Shown in pieces: positions 18,266 to 28,015 of a stretch of DNA of 41,963 nucleotides. Each line of letters opens with the position of its first letter. Positions within the stretch are counted from its first letter, which is position 1. The DNA comes from a virus (lineage: Duplodnaviria; Heunggongvirae; Uroviricota; Caudoviricetes): the IMG/VR virus record IMGVR_UViG_2548876958_000014; one strand, written 5' to 3'. The translations under genes were made by a program, and so were the position numbers. The notes beneath the pieces are model-generated. The model was given only the letters and a program-made list of their open reading frames with translations. It was not told where the DNA came from and did not search any database.

Positions 18266-19300
18266 TTAAATTTTTAGTTCGTAGGTTGAAAAATTTATAA
18301 TTCTATCGTTTAACCAATTATTTATTTCTAGAAACATTTTTTGTAGAGGCAGTAGCTCATTTCGTACAAATACTGTGCTTGCCTTTTCGATATCCCCAAA
18401 CCCCCCGACATTATTAGGCATTATCCCCATCATTTGTGGCGGCACACGATGCGCCGCCATCATGTCGTCCCGGCTCACGTTCTTGATATTCAGGAACTCA
18501 TCCTTCGCCGCCACTTCTGACAACGGGATAATCTGAAGCCCGTCCTTTTTACCGTTAGGCGAGTACATAAACAGGTTACGGAAGTTACCAGGACCTTTGG
18601 CGCTTTTCATCGCATTGCGGAGGTTGTTCACATCCTCCTGGTTCTGCGCAGCATCGGTCATGTACATGATGAAGCCTGCATGACTGCCGTTAATGTAATA
18701 CTTGCGGCGGAACAGCGTGGCGGACTCGTTGAGCAGAGCTGACGGAATGGCAGAAAGATAACCGGGCAGGCCGTAGATCTCCTGGTTGATGTCCGGTTCC
18801 ATCAGATGAAAAATGCTGCCTTTCGTGAACTGATACGGCTGGGTTGTCATACCGTATTGCACAAACCAGTAGGTATCCAGGTCTAACCCGCGTCGGGTGT
18901 ATTTTGCCAGCGCAGGCTCAAGGGCGATAACTTCACCGAATCGGTTCGTGCGTTTCTCCAGGTAGGCGTTACCAAATACCAGATAGTCCTGCACAAAACG
19001 CGAAAAAGCCTGCTGGCTGAGCAGCGGATGAGGGATATAGGTACTGGTCAGAATGTTGCACTTTACTGCAATCGGGGAACTGTGATGCACGGCAGCGCGG
19101 AAGGTGCGCGCCAGTCCGTCAAAGCTGACGGGCGGCTCATACCAACGGTCCATCTGTACGCATTCCACATAGTCCAGCAGTTCTCGGCGATCCAGAACAG
19201 GAACGGGATCGCCGAAGCTGAATGCTTCGGCTGTAGTCTGGCTTTTAAGCTGGATCTGTTTCGTCGCCGCAGCGCGGTTCTTCTTACTCTTTCCCATCAA
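18266..19300 (-). CDS. Q: Portal protein gpQ
   Basis: 344 aa (the length of P2 Q); precedes terminase ATPase gene on same strand, as in P2. Confidence 0.85.
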   Translation of the reverse strand: MMGKSKKNRAAATKQIQLKSQTTAEAFSFGDPVPVLDRRELLDYVECVQMDRWYEPPVSFDGLARTFRAAVHHSSPIAVKCNILTSTYIPHPLLSQQAFSRFVQDYLVFGNAYLEKRTNRFGEVIALEPALAKYTRRGLDLDTYWFVQYGMTTQPYQFTKGSIFHLMEPDINQEIYGLPGYLSAIPSALLNESATLFRRKYYINGSHAGFIMYMTDAAQNQEDVNNLRNAMKSAKGPGNFRNLFMYSPNGKKDGLQIIPLSEVAAKDEFLNIKNVSRDDMMAAHRVPPQMMGIMPNNVGGFGDIEKASTVFVRNELLPLQKMFLEINNWLNDRIINFSTYELKI

Positions 19301-21063
19301 AAAATCTCCACAATATTGCTGGTATTGGCGGATTCGCCCTGCAGCGGTTCGTTAAACAGTGCGTGCATTGTTGCCCAGGCCAGATCGGCGTGGCTGGCTT
19401 CTTCGCTGCGGCTGGCTTCATAGGTCGGGCGGTTGCCGCTGGCGGTGGTTGCGCGACGGATTGCCATGAATGACTGCGCAATGTCGGTGTGCCCGGCGTC
19501 AAACTCCAGACGGCGGTGGCTGATAATGTCGTAGGCCTTGAGTACCAGGGCGTTTTTAACATTGGGGTTGTAGACAAACTCCCGGACGGCAGGAAAGAAC
19601 GCTTTCACGTTCTCATAAACCCCGTGACCAACGCCGGTTGAGTCGATACCGATATAGGTCACGTTGTACTGTTCGGTGAGTTTTTTGATGGCGTCAGCCT
19701 GGGCGCGGAAGTCCATCCCGCGCCACTGGTGACGCTCAAGAATGCGGAACTTACCACCCGGCACGGCTGGCGGAGCCACCACCACGCATCCGGCACTGTC
19801 GCCGTTCTGCGTACCTTTTGCCGGGTCATAACCGATCCACACTTCGCGCCAGCCAAACGGGCGCAGGGCCAGTGCATGAAAGTCGGTCCAGACTTCCCAG
19901 CTGTCCACCATGCACGCCTGCAGTTCGCTGAGCGGGAACACGGACGCGAGATCGTCCACGAACTCGCACATCAGCAGGTTCTGGTATTCGTCCGGGCTGT
20001 ACTCCAAGCGTAGCTGGTCGAGGTCGAACAGGTTACAGCCGCCGCGCACCGCATCTTCCACGGTGACTATCTGGCGGTATTGCCCGTCTGCGCACAGCAG
20101 GCCGGGGGCCAGATTGCTGTGGGACAGGTCGATGTCCACCTTGTCAGCTTTGTTGCGTCCACGGTTGAACAGCGCACCGGACCAGAACGGATAAGCACTG
20201 TGGGTCAGGCTGGATGGCGTGGAAAAATAGGTTTGTCGCCATTTTTTGTGAATAGCCATCCCGGAAGCCACTTTGCGCAGCTCCTGGAATTTCGGTATCC
20301 AGAAATATTCATCCAGATACAGGTTGCCGTGATAACTCTGGGCCGTGCGGGCATTGGTGCCGAGGAAGTAAAGCGTAGCTCCGTTAGGAAGCACCATCGG
20401 ATCGCCTTTTAGCTCCACCTCGACTTCTTTGGCGAAGTCGATGATGTATTGTTTAAAGACGTGGGCCTGAGCCTTACTGGCAGAAAGGAAAATCTGGTTA
20501 CGTCCGGTAAGCAGGGCGTCAATCAGGGCTTCACGGGCAAAATAGAAGGTCGCGCCGATCTGGCGTGACTTCAGCAGGTTGCGGATGCGGTTGGTTTTTC
20601 CGGCTTCCCACCAGTGGCGCTGGTAGTTGAACATGGAGGAATGGAAGATTTCTTCCAGCTTCTCAATCTGCTCATCGGTGAAAACATTCTTTTCCGGCTG
20701 ACGGCGTGGGCCTTTATTGCGGTTGGCGACGTTAGGGTTTAAGTCGGCTTCGTTGCCGCCATTGTTAAACTTGCCGATCCGCGCGTGGCGCTCAGACTGG
20801 CGCGCCAGCAGGTCAATCTCTTTGAAATCTTTCCCTTCTTTGTGCTCCTTCATAATGAGCTGGCAGTAGCGTGCGGCGGTGGTGAGCTGCATCTGATCCA
20901 GCGGCCCATAGTCACCCCACTTGTCGCGTTTTTTCCAGCTGTGAACGGTTGCAACTTTCTCGCCCAGCATTTCAGCAATGCGGGCTACGCGGTATCCCTG
21001 AAAGTACAGCAGCATGGCCTGCCGACGGGGATCGAGATCTGCGGGTGTCAGTGTGGTGTTCAT
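19297..21063 (-). CDS. P: Terminase large (ATPase) subunit gpP
   Basis: 588 aa; N-terminal HTH-like region, Walker-A-like RQIGATFYF context, nuclease C-terminal region; overlaps Q start by 4 bp. Confidence 0.9.
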   Translation of the reverse strand: MNTTLTPADLDPRRQAMLLYFQGYRVARIAEMLGEKVATVHSWKKRDKWGDYGPLDQMQLTTAARYCQLIMKEHKEGKDFKEIDLLARQSERHARIGKFNNGGNEADLNPNVANRNKGPRRQPEKNVFTDEQIEKLEEIFHSSMFNYQRHWWEAGKTNRIRNLLKSRQIGATFYFAREALIDALLTGRNQIFLSASKAQAHVFKQYIIDFAKEVEVELKGDPMVLPNGATLYFLGTNARTAQSYHGNLYLDEYFWIPKFQELRKVASGMAIHKKWRQTYFSTPSSLTHSAYPFWSGALFNRGRNKADKVDIDLSHSNLAPGLLCADGQYRQIVTVEDAVRGGCNLFDLDQLRLEYSPDEYQNLLMCEFVDDLASVFPLSELQACMVDSWEVWTDFHALALRPFGWREVWIGYDPAKGTQNGDSAGCVVVAPPAVPGGKFRILERHQWRGMDFRAQADAIKKLTEQYNVTYIGIDSTGVGHGVYENVKAFFPAVREFVYNPNVKNALVLKAYDIISHRRLEFDAGHTDIAQSFMAIRRATTASGNRPTYEASRSEEASHADLAWATMHALFNEPLQGESANTSNIVEIF

Positions 21064-21204
21064 GGCACAAACCTACAGCCTTGAATGACGGCTTTCCCCG
21101 CCTGCGGTTTGTGTGGTTGTCGGTACAAATACCGCGCATTGTTTCACTGCCCCATCACCGCAACCATAAGGCTCCAGTAAGTTTTTTCTAACGGAGCACG
21201 GCTC

Positions 21205-22038
21205 ATGACAGTGAAAGCAAAGCGTTTTCGCATCGGGGTGGAAGGTGCCACCACCGACGGACGCGAAATCCAGCGTGAATGGCTGGAACAGATGGCAGCC
21301 AGCTACAACCCGGCGGTGTATACCGCGCTGATTAACCTTGAGCACATCAAGTCTTATCTGCCGGACAGCACCTTTAACCGCTACGGCAAGGTGACGGCGC
21401 TGTTTGCTGAAGAAATCACGGAAGGTCCGCTGGCAGGCAAGATGGCGCTGTATGCCGACGTTGAGCCAACGGAGTCCCTGGTGGAGCTGGTGAAAAAAGG
21501 CCAGAAATTATTCACCTCTATGGAAGTCAGCCCGAAGTTCGCTGATACGGGCAAAGCCTACCTGGTCGGCCTGGCTGCCACTGATGACCCTGCCAGTCTG
21601 GGCACTGAAATGCTGACATTCAGCGCCAGTGCAGCCCATAACCCACTGGCAAACCGCAAGCAGAATCCTGCCAATCTCTTTACCGCTGCAGAGGAAACGG
21701 TGATCGAACTGGAAGAAATCCAGGACGACAAACCGTCCCTGTTTGCCCGTGTCACGGCGCTGTTTACCAAAAAAGATCAGTCCGATGACGCCCGGTTCTC
21801 TGATGTGCATAAGGCCGTGGAGCTGGTCGCCACTGAGCAGCAGAACCTGAGCGCACGCACCGAAAAATCCCTGTCTGAGCAGGAAGAACGCCTGTCTGAG
21901 CTGGAGACTGCCCTGCAGGCACAGCAAACCGCCTTTAACGAACTGGTGGACAAGCTGAGTCATGAAGACAGCCGCAAGGACTACCGCCAGCGTGCAACAG
22001 GCGGTAACGCCCCCGCTGACACTCTGACCAATTGCTGA
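21205..22038 (+). CDS. O: Capsid scaffolding protein gpO
   Basis: 277 aa; divergent from P; precedes major capsid gene. Confidence 0.8.
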   Translation: MTVKAKRFRIGVEGATTDGREIQREWLEQMAASYNPAVYTALINLEHIKSYLPDSTFNRYGKVTALFAEEITEGPLAGKMALYADVEPTESLVELVKKGQKLFTSMEVSPKFADTGKAYLVGLAATDDPASLGTEMLTFSASAAHNPLANRKQNPANLFTAAEETVIELEEIQDDKPSLFARVTALFTKKDQSDDARFSDVHKAVELVATEQQNLSARTEKSLSEQEERLSELETALQAQQTAFNELVDKLSHEDSRKDYRQRATGGNAPADTLTNC

Positions 22039-22054
22039 TGGAGCACAAAACCCG

Positions 22055-23113
22055 ATGAAGAAGAATACCCGCTTTGCTTTTAACGCTTACCTGCAGCAGC
22101 TGGCGCGTCTGAACGGTGTGGCAGTTGAAGAACTGTCCAGCAAGTTCACCGTGGAGCCGTCTGTGCAGCAGACGCTGGAAGACCAGATCCAGCAATCCGC
22201 CGCTTTCCTGACGCTGATTAACGTCACGCCAGTGACCGAGCAGTCTGGTCAGCTGCTGGGGTTGGGTGTTGGCAGCACCATTGCCGGAACCACTGATACC
22301 ACCGCAAAAGAGCGTGAGCCTGTCGATCCGACGCTGATGGTCGATGTGGAATACAAATGCGAGCAGACCAACTTTGACACGGTGCTGACCTACGCGAAGC
22401 TGGACCTGTGGGCGAAGTTTCAGGATTTCCAGGTGCGTATTCGTGACGCGATCGTGAAACGTCAGGCACTGGACCGCATCATGATCGGCTTTAACGGCGT
22501 GAAGCGTGCGAAAACCTCAAACCGTAGCGAAAACCCGCTGCTGCAGGATGTGAATAAAGGCTGGCTGCAGAAAATCCGTGAGGATGCACCGGATCACGTC
22601 ATGGGCAGCACCACCACGGGCGGTGAAACCACACCGAGTGCGGTGAAAGTCGGAAAAGGTGGCGAATATGCCAACCTGGACGCCGTGGTGATGGATGCCG
22701 TCAATGAGCTTATCGACGTGGTCTACCAGGACGATGACGATCTGGTGGTGATTTGCGGTCGTGAACTGTTGTCTGACAAGTATTTCCCGCTGGTCAACAA
22801 AGAGCAGGAGAACAGTGAAAAACTGGCTGCAGATATGATCATCAGCCAGAAACGCATGGGTGGCCTGCAGGCCGTGCGTGCGCCGTTCTTCCCGCCGAAT
22901 GCGCTGCTGATCACCCGTCTGGATAACCTGTCCATCTACTGGCAGGAGGATACCCGCCGCCGTTCAGTTATCGACAACCCGAAACGTGACCGGATTGAAA
23001 ACTTTGAATCCGTTAACGAAGCCTATGTGGTTGAGGACTACCGCTGCGCCGCACTGGTGGAAAACATCCAGATTGGCGACTTCAGCGCCGCCGCAGCAGA
23101 AACCGGAGCGTAA
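22055..23113 (+). CDS. N: Major capsid protein gpN
   Basis: 352 aa; N-terminus RFAFNAYLQQLARLNG ... KFTVEPSVQQTL resembles P2 gpN. Confidence 0.85.
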   Translation: MKKNTRFAFNAYLQQLARLNGVAVEELSSKFTVEPSVQQTLEDQIQQSAAFLTLINVTPVTEQSGQLLGLGVGSTIAGTTDTTAKEREPVDPTLMVDVEYKCEQTNFDTVLTYAKLDLWAKFQDFQVRIRDAIVKRQALDRIMIGFNGVKRAKTSNRSENPLLQDVNKGWLQKIREDAPDHVMGSTTTGGETTPSAVKVGKGGEYANLDAVVMDAVNELIDVVYQDDDDLVVICGRELLSDKYFPLVNKEQENSEKLAADMIISQKRMGGLQAVRAPFFPPNALLITRLDNLSIYWQEDTRRRSVIDNPKRDRIENFESVNEAYVVEDYRCAALVENIQIGDFSAAAAETGA

Positions 23114-23116
23114 TCC

Positions 23117-23767
23117 ATGAGCCTGAGTCCCGCACGGCAGCATCGCCTGCGCGTTCAGGCTGAACAGGCCGCCCGCGAGGGCGGCAGCGTTCGCCACGCG
23201 TCGGGCTATGACCTGATGCTGCTGCAACTGGCGGAAGACCGACGCCGTCTCAAGGGTGTTCAGTCCACGGTCAAAAAAGCGGAAATCAAAGTGGAGCTGC
23301 TGCCGAAGTACGCCGCCTGGGCGGAGGGTGTTCTGGCTGCCGGAGGCGCTCAACAGGATGACGTGCTGATGTACGTGATGCTGTGGCGTATTGATGCCGG
23401 AGATTATGCCGGGGCGCTGGAGATCGGGCGTCATGCCCTGCGTCATGGCTGGGTGATGCCGCTGGGTAACCGCAACGTGCAGACCGTGCTGGCAGAGGAA
23501 ATGGCAGACGCGGCACAGAGCGCAATGCTTGCCACTACCGGCTTTGATGCCGATCTGTTGCTGCAGACGCTGGAGCTGACAGACGGTCTGGATATGCCGG
23601 ACCAGTCACGGGCGCGTCTGCATAAAGCGATTGGCGCTGTCCTGAGTGAAAGTAATCCGGCTTCCGCCCTTAATCATCTCAACCATGCGTTACAGCTCGA
23701 TCCCCGCTGTGGCGTGAAAAAAGACAAACAGCAGCTGGAGCGCAGACTGCGCAATGACAGCCGCTGA
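23117..23767 (+). CDS. M: Terminase small (endonuclease) subunit gpM
   Basis: 216 aa immediately after N, as in P2. Confidence 0.8.
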   Translation: MSLSPARQHRLRVQAEQAAREGGSVRHASGYDLMLLQLAEDRRRLKGVQSTVKKAEIKVELLPKYAAWAEGVLAAGGAQQDDVLMYVMLWRIDAGDYAGALEIGRHALRHGWVMPLGNRNVQTVLAEEMADAAQSAMLATTGFDADLLLQTLELTDGLDMPDQSRARLHKAIGAVLSESNPASALNHLNHALQLDPRCGVKKDKQQLERRLRNDSR

Positions 23768-23862
23768 CAGAACGTGCCCCCGCGCACGGGCGGCACGGGG
23801 TGGCGAAAGGCACTGCCACATCAAAACCCCGTCCACCGCCCTTTATTTCAGGAGAAAGCAGC

Positions 23863-24327
23863 ATGAAGTTTGTTGCGCCAGAACAGGCACCGGAACAGGC
23901 GGAAATCATCAGAAATACGCCGTTCTGGCCTGATGTGGACCTGTCGGAGTTTCGCTGTGTCATGCGCACTGACGGCACGGTGACGCAGCCGCGTTTAAAG
24001 CAGGTTGCGCTGTCGGCAATTTCGGAGGTCAACGCAGAGCTGTATGAGTTTCGCAGACGTCAGCAGATGCTGGGATATGCCTCGCTGGCAGAGGTTCCGG
24101 CGGAACAGTTGGACGGCAAAAGTGAGCGCATTCATCACTATTTCAACGCGGTTTACTGCTGGGCACGCGCCATGCTCAACGAGCGTTATCAGGACTATGA
24201 CGCCACGGCATCCGGTGTGAAGCGGGGCGAGGAACTGGCGGAAGCAAGCGGTGATTTGTGGCGTGACGCCCGCTGGGCCATCAGCCGGGTGCAGGATGCG
24301 CCGCACTGCACAGTGGAGCTTATCTGA
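23863..24327 (+). CDS. L: Head completion/stabilisation protein gpL
   Basis: ATG 23863 with AGGAGA RBS (ORF track 23800); ~154 aa; position after M. Confidence 0.75.
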   Translation: MKFVAPEQAPEQAEIIRNTPFWPDVDLSEFRCVMRTDGTVTQPRLKQVALSAISEVNAELYEFRRRQQMLGYASLAEVPAEQLDGKSERIHHYFNAVYCWARAMLNERYQDYDATASGVKRGEELAEASGDLWRDARWAISRVQDAPHCTVELI

Positions 24328-24530
24328 TGAAAGTGCGTGCGCATCAGTATGACACGGTGGACGCGCTTTGCTGGCGTCATTACGGGCGCACGCAGGGTGT
24401 CACGGAGCAGGTACTGAAGGCAAATCCGGGGCTTGCCGAATACGGCCCCTTTTTACCTCACGGGCTGCAGGTGGAGCTGCCGGACATACCGACAACCACC
24501 ACCGTGCAGACCGTCCAGCTATGGGACTGA
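24327..24530 (+). CDS. X: Tail protein gpX
   Basis: 67 aa, the length and position of P2 gpX. Confidence 0.7.
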   Translation: MKVRAHQYDTVDALCWRHYGRTQGVTEQVLKANPGLAEYGPFLPHGLQVELPDIPTTTTVQTVQLWD

Positions 24531-24533
24531 ATT

Positions 24534-24749
24534 ATGACGCTTGAGCGAATCAGCGCCTTTATCACGTATTGCATCGCCGTCGTGCTGGCCTGGCTGGGCG
24601 ATTTGTCCATCAAGGATGCCTCAACGCTGGGCGGCCTGATGATTGGTGTGCTGATGCTGGCTATCAACTGGTACTACAAACACAAAGCCTACCAGCTTCT
24701 GCGCGACGGGCAGATCTCGCGGGAGGACTATGAATCCATCAATCGTTAA
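24534..24749 (+). CDS. Holin (gpY-like)
   Basis: 71 aa with two hydrophobic segments and charged C-terminus; first gene of lysis cassette. Confidence 0.6.
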   Translation: MTLERISAFITYCIAVVLAWLGDLSIKDASTLGGLMIGVLMLAINWYYKHKAYQLLRDGQISREDYESINR

Positions 24750-25242
24750 ACGCTGCCTTGTCGGGGCCGTGCTGGCTATTGCTGCCGCGCTACCGGGTTT
24801 TCAGCAGCTTCACACCTCCGTGGAGGGGCTGAAACTGATTGCCGATTACGAAGGCTGTCGTCTGCAGCCGTATCAGTGCAGCGCGGGTGTCTGGACCGAC
24901 GGCATTGGTAATACATCTGGCGTCATTCCAGGCAAAACCATTACGGAACGACAGGCCGCGGAAGGGCTGATCTCCAACGTGCTGCGTGTGGAGCGGGCAC
25001 TGGAAAGGTGTGTGAAGCAACAGCCACCGCAGAAAGTGTATGACGCGGTGGTGTCATTTGCCTTCAACGTGGGGACAGGCAATGCCTGCAGTTCCACGCT
25101 GGTGAAATTGCTCAATCAGCGGCGCTGGGCGGATGCGTGCCGACAGTTGCCGCGCTGGGTTTATGTAAAAGGTGTGTTTAATCAGGGGCTGGATAACCGC
25201 CGTGCGCGGGAGATGGCCTGGTGTTTACAGGGAGCAAACTGA
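24730..25242 (+). CDS. K: Endolysin (phage lysozyme, gpK-like)
   Basis: 170 aa; EGxRLxPY ... DGIGNT lysozyme catalytic motif (LIADYEGCRLQPYQCSAGVWTDGIGNT). Confidence 0.8.
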   Translation: MNPSIVKRCLVGAVLAIAAALPGFQQLHTSVEGLKLIADYEGCRLQPYQCSAGVWTDGIGNTSGVIPGKTITERQAAEGLISNVLRVERALERCVKQQPPQKVYDAVVSFAFNVGTGNACSSTLVKLLNQRRWADACRQLPRWVYVKGVFNQGLDNRRAREMAWCLQGAN

Positions 25243-25243
25243 A

Positions 25244-25621
25244 ATGAAAAAGAAATTAATCAGCGGACTGTTTCTGATGTTATGGATGGCGCTGTTAATC
25301 GCAGCAATGGTGTATCCGCAGGGGATTTTTCCGGTACTGGCAGCGTCCGGCGTTTGGGTAGCCTGTTTGCTGACATGGGCGGTAATTCCGGTAGCACTGG
25401 CTGCGTTAATTAAGAATGGCCCGCTCTGGCAGGAGTTAAGGGCATCTTTGCTGAAGACAATTACCCGAAAAGAAAACGTATTTATCAGTTGGGTGATGCG
25501 ATTGCTGATTATCGTAAGTCTCGCCTGGACGGGGTGGGCCATTACCCTGGTCTTTTATCTGCTGACCGTTATTGCCTTCTGGATCACCCGTAATCAGATG
25601 GCGCAACAGGTAGCAGCATGA
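25244..25621 (+). CDS. LysA-like membrane protein (lysis timing)
   Basis: ATG 25244; ~125 aa with multiple transmembrane stretches; position after endolysin. Confidence 0.55.
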   Translation: MKKKLISGLFLMLWMALLIAAMVYPQGIFPVLAASGVWVACLLTWAVIPVALAALIKNGPLWQELRASLLKTITRKENVFISWVMRLLIIVSLAWTGWAITLVFYLLTVIAFWITRNQMAQQVAA

Positions 25622-26046
25622 ACCGGTTGCTGCTGGTTGTGCTGGCGTTATTACTGGCGTCGCTGGGCTGGCAGACGTGGCGGCTGGCTGATGCCAGCCA
25701 GACCATCAGCACGCAGGCAGACGAGCTGCGGAGCAAAAGTCAGGCACTGGCAAAGAGCAACAGCCAGCTTACCAGCCTGTCCATTCTGACTGAAACCAAT
25801 AACCGGGAGCAGGCGCGGCTCTATGCCGAAGCAGAACAGACCAGCGCGCTGCTGAGACAACGACAACATCGGATTGAGGAACTGAAACGTGAGAACGAGG
25901 ATTTACGCCGCTGGGCTAATACTCCTTTGCCTGCTGACATTATCCGGCTGCGGGAACGTCCGGCACTCACCGGAGGTGCAGCTTACCGTCAGTGGTTGTC
26001 CGCGAGTGACGCCGTGTCAGCTGGATCAGGCAGCGCCACACAATAA
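25618..26046 (+). CDS. LysB (Rz-like inner-membrane spanin)
   Basis: 142 aa; N-terminal TM segment then coiled-coil; contains embedded +1 frame lipoprotein gene. Confidence 0.65.
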   Translation: MNRLLLVVLALLLASLGWQTWRLADASQTISTQADELRSKSQALAKSNSQLTSLSILTETNNREQARLYAEAEQTSALLRQRQHRIEELKRENEDLRRWANTPLPADIIRLRERPALTGGAAYRQWLSASDAVSAGSGSATQ

Positions 26047-26179
26047 CGGTGATCTGAACGCATTGCTGGATGAAACGGAGGCCGCCTGGGCGGTCTGTGC
26101 AGACAAAGTGGACATGATTATTGCGTGTCAGGAGCGAAACAGTGAACAAACCACAATCCCTGCGCCACGCCCTCAATAA
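25889..26179 (+). CDS. LysC (Rz1-like outer-membrane lipoprotein spanin), embedded in lysB in another frame
   Basis: 96 aa (the length of P2 LysC); lipobox LTLSGC after hydrophobic signal; starts inside lysB. Confidence 0.6.
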   Translation: MRTRIYAAGLILLCLLTLSGCGNVRHSPEVQLTVSGCPRVTPCQLDQAAPHNNGDLNALLDETEAAWAVCADKVDMIIACQERNSEQTTIPAPRPQ

Positions 26180-26573
26180 AGCAGTGCCTTATGTCCGTAA
26201 TAACCCGGACAAACTGCATCTGTTTGTGGATAACGGTTCGCTGGTTGCCACCGGGGCCAGCTCCATGTCATGGGAGTACCGCTACACCCTGAACGTGGTG
26301 ATTGAAGATTTCAGCGGCGACCAGAATCTGCTGATGGCCCCGGTTTTGCTGTGGCTGCGGGATAACCAGCCTGATGCCATCAATAACCCGACGTTACGGG
26401 AAAAGCTATTCACCTTTGAGGTGGATATTCTGCGCAACGATGTCTGTGATATCAGCCTTAACCTGCAGCTGACAGAGCGTGTGGTGGTCAGCACTGACGG
26501 CAGTGTGTCGAGCGTTGAAGCTGTAGCGGAACCCGATGAACCTGAAGAGATGTGGACGGTGAAACGTGGCTGA
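26121..26573 (+). CDS. R: Tail completion protein gpR
   Basis: 150 aa; position after lysis genes as in P2. Confidence 0.7.
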   Translation: MRVRSETVNKPQSLRHALNKAVPYVRNNPDKLHLFVDNGSLVATGASSMSWEYRYTLNVVIEDFSGDQNLLMAPVLLWLRDNQPDAINNPTLREKLFTFEVDILRNDVCDISLNLQLTERVVVSTDGSVSSVEAVAEPDEPEEMWTVKRG

Positions 26574-27012
26574 ACTGCAGAAGGTGGACGACTGGCTGAG
26601 TGCTTTGCTGGCGAATCTGGAACCAGCCGCAAGAAGCCGAATGATGCGCCAGCTGGCGCAGGAACTGCGCCGGACACAGCAGCAGAATATCAGGATGCAG
26701 CGCAATCCAGATGGCAGCAGTTATGAACCGCGCAGGGTCACAGCACGCAGCAAGAAGGGGCGCATCAAACGTCAGATGTTTACAAAGCTGCGCACCACAA
26801 AATACCTGAAAACTGCCGCCAGCGCCGACTCTGCCAGCGTGCAGTTTGAAGGCAAGGTACAGCGCATTGCCCGTGTTCATCACTACGGCTTACGTGATCG
26901 CGTCAGCCGCAAAGGACCGGAGGTCCGTTACGCAGAGCGTCGCCTGCTGGGTGTAAATGATGATGTTGAGGCAATGACCCGCGACATGATTCTGCAATGG
27001 CTGGCGGGGTGA
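26566..27012 (+). CDS. S: Tail completion protein gpS
   Basis: 148 aa; overlaps R stop. Confidence 0.7.
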   Translation: MAELQKVDDWLSALLANLEPAARSRMMRQLAQELRRTQQQNIRMQRNPDGSSYEPRRVTARSKKGRIKRQMFTKLRTTKYLKTAASADSASVQFEGKVQRIARVHHYGLRDRVSRKGPEVRYAERRLLGVNDDVEAMTRDMILQWLAG

Positions 27013-27080
27013 TTTTTGTATCAGCACTGATACAAGTTGCAGCACTGCCGCCTTTCTTCCCCTGATGGCAACCTTTCCCT

Positions 27081-27659
27081 ATGAACGCACAATTAACCGA
27101 AATCATGCGCCTTATCACCAACCTGATCCGCACTGGGGTAGTCACCGAAGTGGACAGGACAAACTGGCTTTGCCGGGTGAAAACGGGCGACCTTGAAACT
27201 AACTGGATTAACTGGCTGACGCTGCGCGCGGGTAATGCCCGCACATGGTGGAAACCATCAGAAGGTGAGCAGGTGGTGCTGCTGAGTCTGGGCGGCAATC
27301 TGGAGACTGCCTTTGCGCTGCCCGCTGTCTATTCGAATCAGTTCGCACCACCGTCGACGTCGGCGGACGCCTGCGTGACAGAACATCCTGACGGTGGCTG
27401 GTTTGAATACGAACCCGCCACCGGGCGCTGGTATGTCAGGGGCATCAAATCAATGGTCATTGAGGCCGCTGACAACATCACCATGAAAACCAGTGAGTTT
27501 GTACTGGAGGCTGACCGCACGCGCATTAACAGCGAAGTGGTGATCAATGGTGGCGTTACCCAGGGCGGCGGAGCGATGAGTTCTAACGGGATCGTGGTTG
27601 ATGCGCATCAGCATACTGGCGTCCTGAAAGGTGGCGATACAACCGGAGGCCCGGTATGA
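27081..27659 (+). CDS. V: Baseplate spike/assembly protein gpV
   Basis: 192 aa; first gene of baseplate operon V-W-J-I. Confidence 0.75.
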   Translation: MNAQLTEIMRLITNLIRTGVVTEVDRTNWLCRVKTGDLETNWINWLTLRAGNARTWWKPSEGEQVVLLSLGGNLETAFALPAVYSNQFAPPSTSADACVTEHPDGGWFEYEPATGRWYVRGIKSMVIEAADNITMKTSEFVLEADRTRINSEVVINGGVTQGGGAMSSNGIVVDAHQHTGVLKGGDTTGGPV

Positions 27660-28015
27660 CGCTTTATAGCGGGATGAACAATACCAGTGGCAAAGTCATT
27701 ACTGATATTGACCATCTGCGCCAGTCGGTGCGGGACATTCTGCTGACGCCGCAGGGTAGCCGCATTGCTCGCCGTGAATATGGTTCCCTGCTGTCGGCAC
27801 TGATAGACCAGCCACAAAATCCGGCGTTACGCCTGCAGGTCATGTCGGCAGTGTATGTGGCGCTGAGTCGCTGGGAGCCACGGCTGACGCTGGATTCCAT
27901 CACCATTAACAGCAATTTTGACGGTTCAATGGTGGTGGGACTGACCGGGCGGCGTAATAACGGTGTGCCTGTTTCCCTTTCCGTATCAACAGGAGCAGAG
28001 AATGGCAGTGATTGA
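27656..28015 (+). CDS. W: Baseplate wedge protein gpW
   Basis: 119 aa; start overlaps V stop. Confidence 0.75.
   Translation: MTLYSGMNNTSGKVITDIDHLRQSVRDILLTPQGSRIARREYGSLLSALIDQPQNPALRLQVMSAVYVALSRWEPRLTLDSITINSNFDGSMVVGLTGRRNNGVPVSLSVSTGAENGSD

Noticed and set aside
19284-21084. Numerous 60-130-aa ORFs on the strand opposite the terminase gene (e.g. 19284..19577, 19729..20013, 20080..20412, 20785..21084)
   Set aside because: Fully embedded antisense in a well-supported long CDS, no RBS or start context, Arg/Ala/Pro-rich translations typical of GC-rich antisense frames.
21096-21112. cos-like motif in the P-O divergent intergenic region
   Set aside because: In P2-family phages cos lies next to the portal gene end, not between P and O; the match is partial and more likely part of the late promoter region. 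Kept only as a note under the cos finding.
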